A stretch of 64,000 nucleotides of DNA from Pirellula sp. (GTDB lineage: Bacteria; Planctomycetota; Planctomycetia; Pirellulales; Pirellulaceae): positions 3,314-67,313 of the forward strand of contig JBBAXA010000014.1 in NCBI GenBank assembly GCA_040396935.1, read 5' to 3'. The position numbers were made by a program, and so were the translations under genes. Of this stretch, positions 60,991-64,000 are shown piece after piece (the stretch's first letter is position 1; each line of letters starts with the position of its first letter). The notes under the pieces are model-generated. The model worked only from the letters and a program-made list of their open reading frames with translations. It did no database searches and was not told the origin of the DNA.

Positions 60991-62074
60991 ATCGATCTCC
61001 CGACGGCTCTGTCAGCAAGCGATCAATCATTCTGCGAGTATTCGCTTCCAGAGGATGTATCCCGTCGACGAACAGAACGGCCTCTCCATCGAATTGCTCG
61101 ACATCACCAAAGTCGACGAATCGGACGTTATTTGCTGCCGCTAATTGCTTCAACCACCTTACAGCTTCACGCTCGCGGTCGAGAAATTTCGTTCTCTCTC
61201 GCAGATAATCTCTCAATCGAGGATGATGGACTGTTGTAAAAAGATAGACGTCGCAACCCTGTGACTCGCAAAAAAGTATGGCCTCCTGCAGGTACGCTTT
61301 TCGGGTTTTGGAGAGGGTATCAAAGTTTGAGAAGACAGCCTGGAGTTCATGCTGGTTGAATCGCAGCGGGCCTTCGAAATCATAGGAACCCTGCGAGATC
61401 TCTGCTTGCCGCTTTGTGTATTGGATGACACCATCGGGATCGAAGACAATTTCGCTGCACGAATCGGAGCAGCGCGACCTACCCGAAAGATAGCGCGCCA
61501 TCGACCGAAGACTCGATTTGGTTTGGTGCATCGTGATGAGTTGGGAGAAGCGATCGAACTCTTCGTACCATGGAATCTCCGCTTGGATATGTCGGAATAG
61601 TCTCGGTTCGCTACTGAGTCGGGCGTCCGCCGGAATCTTGTCATTCAGCGCTGCGATATCGACCCCCATCACGACCATCTTGGGAAGGGATCCGTAACGC
61701 TCGTGATACAAGCGTAGTATTGCTAAAAAATCCTCAGGGCGACCATGATTGACGCCATAGTTAAAAAATGGAAGGCTTGTTTTTTCTTCGAGGTAGGAGC
61801 TCTCGAACTTCATGGTTCGCGAGGAACCCAAGATCAAACCTTCCGGTTTTCGCGTGAGATTCTCGAACAGGTCGGTCTTCTCGGTTCGCGAATCCTGGAC
61901 AACCGTTGGAAGTAGACCTTCTCCATACTGACCGTAGGGATTCACCCAACCATTGAATGTCCCTATCCCCGCCAAACCGGTTACCAGCGACCCGAGGAAG
62001 AGAACAACAAATCCCAATGACGGGTTCGTACGAAACAGATGGGGTAGAAAATGATGAAACAAGCCCATGAACAA
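60977..62074 (-). CDS. Membrane-anchored SGNH/DltD/AlgJ-like acyltransferase
   Basis: N-terminal TM plus VNPYG, LGSSR (Ser), NYG, DGIH (DxxH); overlaps the MBOAT start. Confidence 0.7.
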   Translation of the reverse strand: MFMGLFHHFLPHLFRTNPSLGFVVLFLGSLVTGLAGIGTFNGWVNPYGQYGEGLLPTVVQDSRTEKTDLFENLTRKPEGLILGSSRTMKFESSYLEEKTSLPFFNYGVNHGRPEDFLAILRLYHERYGSLPKMVVMGVDIAALNDKIPADARLSSEPRLFRHIQAEIPWYEEFDRFSQLITMHQTKSSLRSMARYLSGRSRCSDSCSEIVFDPDGVIQYTKRQAEISQGSYDFEGPLRFNQHELQAVFSNFDTLSKTRKAYLQEAILFCESQGCDVYLFTTVHHPRLRDYLRERTKFLDREREAVRWLKQLAAANNVRFVDFGDVEQFDGEAVLFVDGIHPLEANTRRMIDRLLTEPSGDRYALQ

Positions 62075-62242
62075 GATTCCAACGCGTCCGAAAGGCAGAG
62101 CGATATGTATCGGAACAGTAGGATTCTTTGTTGGTTAGCAGGGGATACCCTTTGTTTTTTCAACACAATTCGAAGGCGGGCTGCTCAATGCTTCCGGAAT
62201 AGCTACGATAATCGTTACTATCCTCACCCAGGAGCTCACCAA

Positions 62243-64000
62243 ATGAATCTGCTCAGTAGACGCTTGCTTACGTTCTTCCTCATCGGATGCTTGGCTCACT
62301 CCGTAGCTTTTCCACAGCAAACGCCCAACGCATCCACCTCCGAATACTGGACGGGCTGGTTCGAGGATGAAACCGAACAGGTGCGTTGGATCGTCGAACT
62401 GAAGAAAGAACCGTCAGGAACCACCAATGGCACAGTCCACATTCCGGAGTTGATGAACAGTCCCGTCGCAGTCCAAAAACTTCGTACCAAATCGGATGAC
62501 TGGGGTTTTGAATGGACAGTCCCCGGTGGCAAAGAAACACTAAGTTTTTTTGGTAGGCAGGAATCTGCAGAGCAGGTCGCTGGCATCCTTGTTGTCGGGG
62601 ACAAGATGCCCATTCTGCGACTGAGACGATCCGACGCGATTCCAAAGGAAACAGCCGACGACTTAGGAGCGGATATCGTTTGGACCGATCAAACTCCCAA
62701 CGTGGGTCCCACCGGATTGCGCAAGTTCGACAAGCGTTTCCGTATCTATTCGAAACCCCCTTTTGCAGAAGGGGAACCCCGGGTTGTATTTGATTCCTTG
62801 GCCAACAACCTACTGGGAAAACCTGTCAATTTCTCGGTTCAAGGGACCAAGTTCCTGTTCAGTATTCCCGCTCTCGAGGCTGAGTATCAAGCGGAAATCA
62901 AAGACACGAACTACATGCTGGGAACCTTTAGCGTCAAAGGAAAGACGGAAGCTCTAGCTCTCATGCGACTGGGAGCAGACAAAGAGGATGCGAAAAAGAC
63001 AAGTCCTGCAGAAACCACTGCTACCAAACCAGCAAACCAGGACGCCTCGAAAATCAATAAGAACGCTTCGAATCCTTCCGAAGAAGCTGTCCAAATCAAA
63101 ATGAAGGAGTCGCCGAAAGCAGCTCCACGACAACTGGCTCCTAATGAATCCGCTTTTCTATTAACCGTGGGTGACAAGGCGACTCGACGCAAGGAACTTT
63201 CGAAAATCCATACCCTCGGATACACCCTGACCCTACCCGACCAATCCAAAAACAAGAAAGTCCCGTGCGCAATTCTGTTCTCAACATTCGGACTCCAGGA
63301 TCGCGACGGCAAGGTCGGCACGAACGCGCATTACCGCGATCTGGCTCAGGCGTTGGCAAAGGTGGGGATCGCATCGATTCGATACGATGATCGGGGTATC
63401 GGAGAAAGCAGCGACGTCGATGATGACTTTTCACTGCAGGAAATGATCAACGATGGACTAGCCGTCGTGAACCGAGCGCAAGAGCTCGAAGAAGTCGATC
63501 CAACAAAGATTCTTTTGATCGGACATGGCGAAGGGGCGACGATCGCAACAGCCCTAGCCTCACAGGTAAGCGGTGTCGCCTGTCAGGTGTTGATCGCTCC
63601 CCAAGGGGTCAGCGGGAGTCAACTGTTGATCTCCCAAGGAATCAACCTGGCGGATATGCAAGGCATGTCCGTACCAGCCCGCAATGTATTAGCGGACCTC
63701 CAACGCGAAGTGCATAATTTGGCACGATTTCAGACAGCGTCCAATCCCAACGATCGACTGCAAATCGAGAAGCTCGTTCAAAAGTACTGGCCTCAACTGA
63801 GCGTTACCGTCGATGAGCCAAAGACACCCCAGGAATTGGTGGATATGAAAAAGAATCTGGAGAATCAGTTGATGACCGATCTGACTCAACTCTACAGCAA
63901 AATCAATCGGCAATTCCTCGACTTTGATCCGTCAACCGACTGGATGCTCATGCGCTCCCCAACCTTGGTGGTGTGGGGTACGAAGGATTGCCAGGTCCTA
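62243..64000 (+). CDS. Exported alpha/beta-hydrolase-fold protein (3' truncated by window edge; absent from ORF track because no stop is reached)
   Basis: GGAG RBS, MNLLSRRLLTFFLIGC signal peptide, open to the window end; YTLTLP, QDRDG, GIASIRYDDRGIGES, LLIGHGEGA, PTLVVWGTKDCQV. Confidence 0.85.
   Translation, partial: MNLLSRRLLTFFLIGCLAHSVAFPQQTPNASTSEYWTGWFEDETEQVRWIVELKKEPSGTTNGTVHIPELMNSPVAVQKLRTKSDDWGFEWTVPGGKETLSFFGRQESAEQVAGILVVGDKMPILRLRRSDAIPKETADDLGADIVWTDQTPNVGPTGLRKFDKRFRIYSKPPFAEGEPRVVFDSLANNLLGKPVNFSVQGTKFLFSIPALEAEYQAEIKDTNYMLGTFSVKGKTEALALMRLGADKEDAKKTSPAETTATKPANQDASKINKNASNPSEEAVQIKMKESPKAAPRQLAPNESAFLLTVGDKATRRKELSKIHTLGYTLTLPDQSKNKKVPCAILFSTFGLQDRDGKVGTNAHYRDLAQALAKVGIASIRYDDRGIGESSDVDDDFSLQEMINDGLAVVNRAQELEEVDPTKILLIGHGEGATIATALASQVSGVACQVLIAPQGVSGSQLLISQGINLADMQGMSVPARNVLADLQREVHNLARFQTASNPNDRLQIEKLVQKYWPQLSVTVDEPKTPQELVDMKKNLENQLMTDLTQLYSKINRQFLDFDPSTDWMLMRSPTLVVWGTKDCQVL

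Noticed and set aside
1-64000. tRNA, rRNA, transposase, integrase or prophage genes
   Set aside because: No T-loop/anticodon cloverleaf, rRNA-like tract, or DDE, tyrosine or serine recombinase motifs were seen in the intergenic regions or ORFs.

Overview
Core chromosomal region of a planctomycete. The gene complement looks Pirellulaceae-like; this is inferred from gene content and protein style, not from a database search. The window opens in the rplK-rplA-rplJ-rplL operon, which is not followed by rpoB. About 50 metabolic, transport and envelope genes follow: HAD phosphatase, PhzF-like, DUF3500, Zn-dehydrogenase, pgl, enolase-superfamily protein, MoxR-DUF58-giant FtsX permease, MFS, M61 peptidase, DUF151-Hsp90-like pair, trmD, pepD, an exported cyanophycinase with moaE-moaA, pgi, an ABC exporter, folA, CrtI/CrtN, gcvT-gcvH-LipM-like, FHA protein, ilvD, ArnT-like, mtnC, a propeller-phosphoesterase and an SGNH-MBOAT-GNAT operon. 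It ends in a truncated alpha/beta-hydrolase. I saw no tRNA, rRNA, CRISPR array, transposase or integrase. The most interesting items are: (1) a probable 6S RNA hidden under a spurious ORF (~4867-5057, minus); (2) a 19-bp tandem array with a palindromic AGTGCACT core that appears to have grown out of an FHA gene's stop region (49514-49646); (3) a compact GGDEF / PilZ-like / atypical LuxR module (42423-44831); (4) PepD next to a secreted cyanophycinase, a possible unrecognised cyanophycin-scavenging route; (5) an SGNH-MBOAT(YFQF)-GNAT acylation operon without an acyl carrier; (6) a translationally coupled DUF151 nuclease and Hsp90-like ATPase; (7) a hydrolase whose catalytic Ser is replaced by Gly. 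All functional calls come from reading motifs by eye, and start codons were often trimmed relative to the ORF track.
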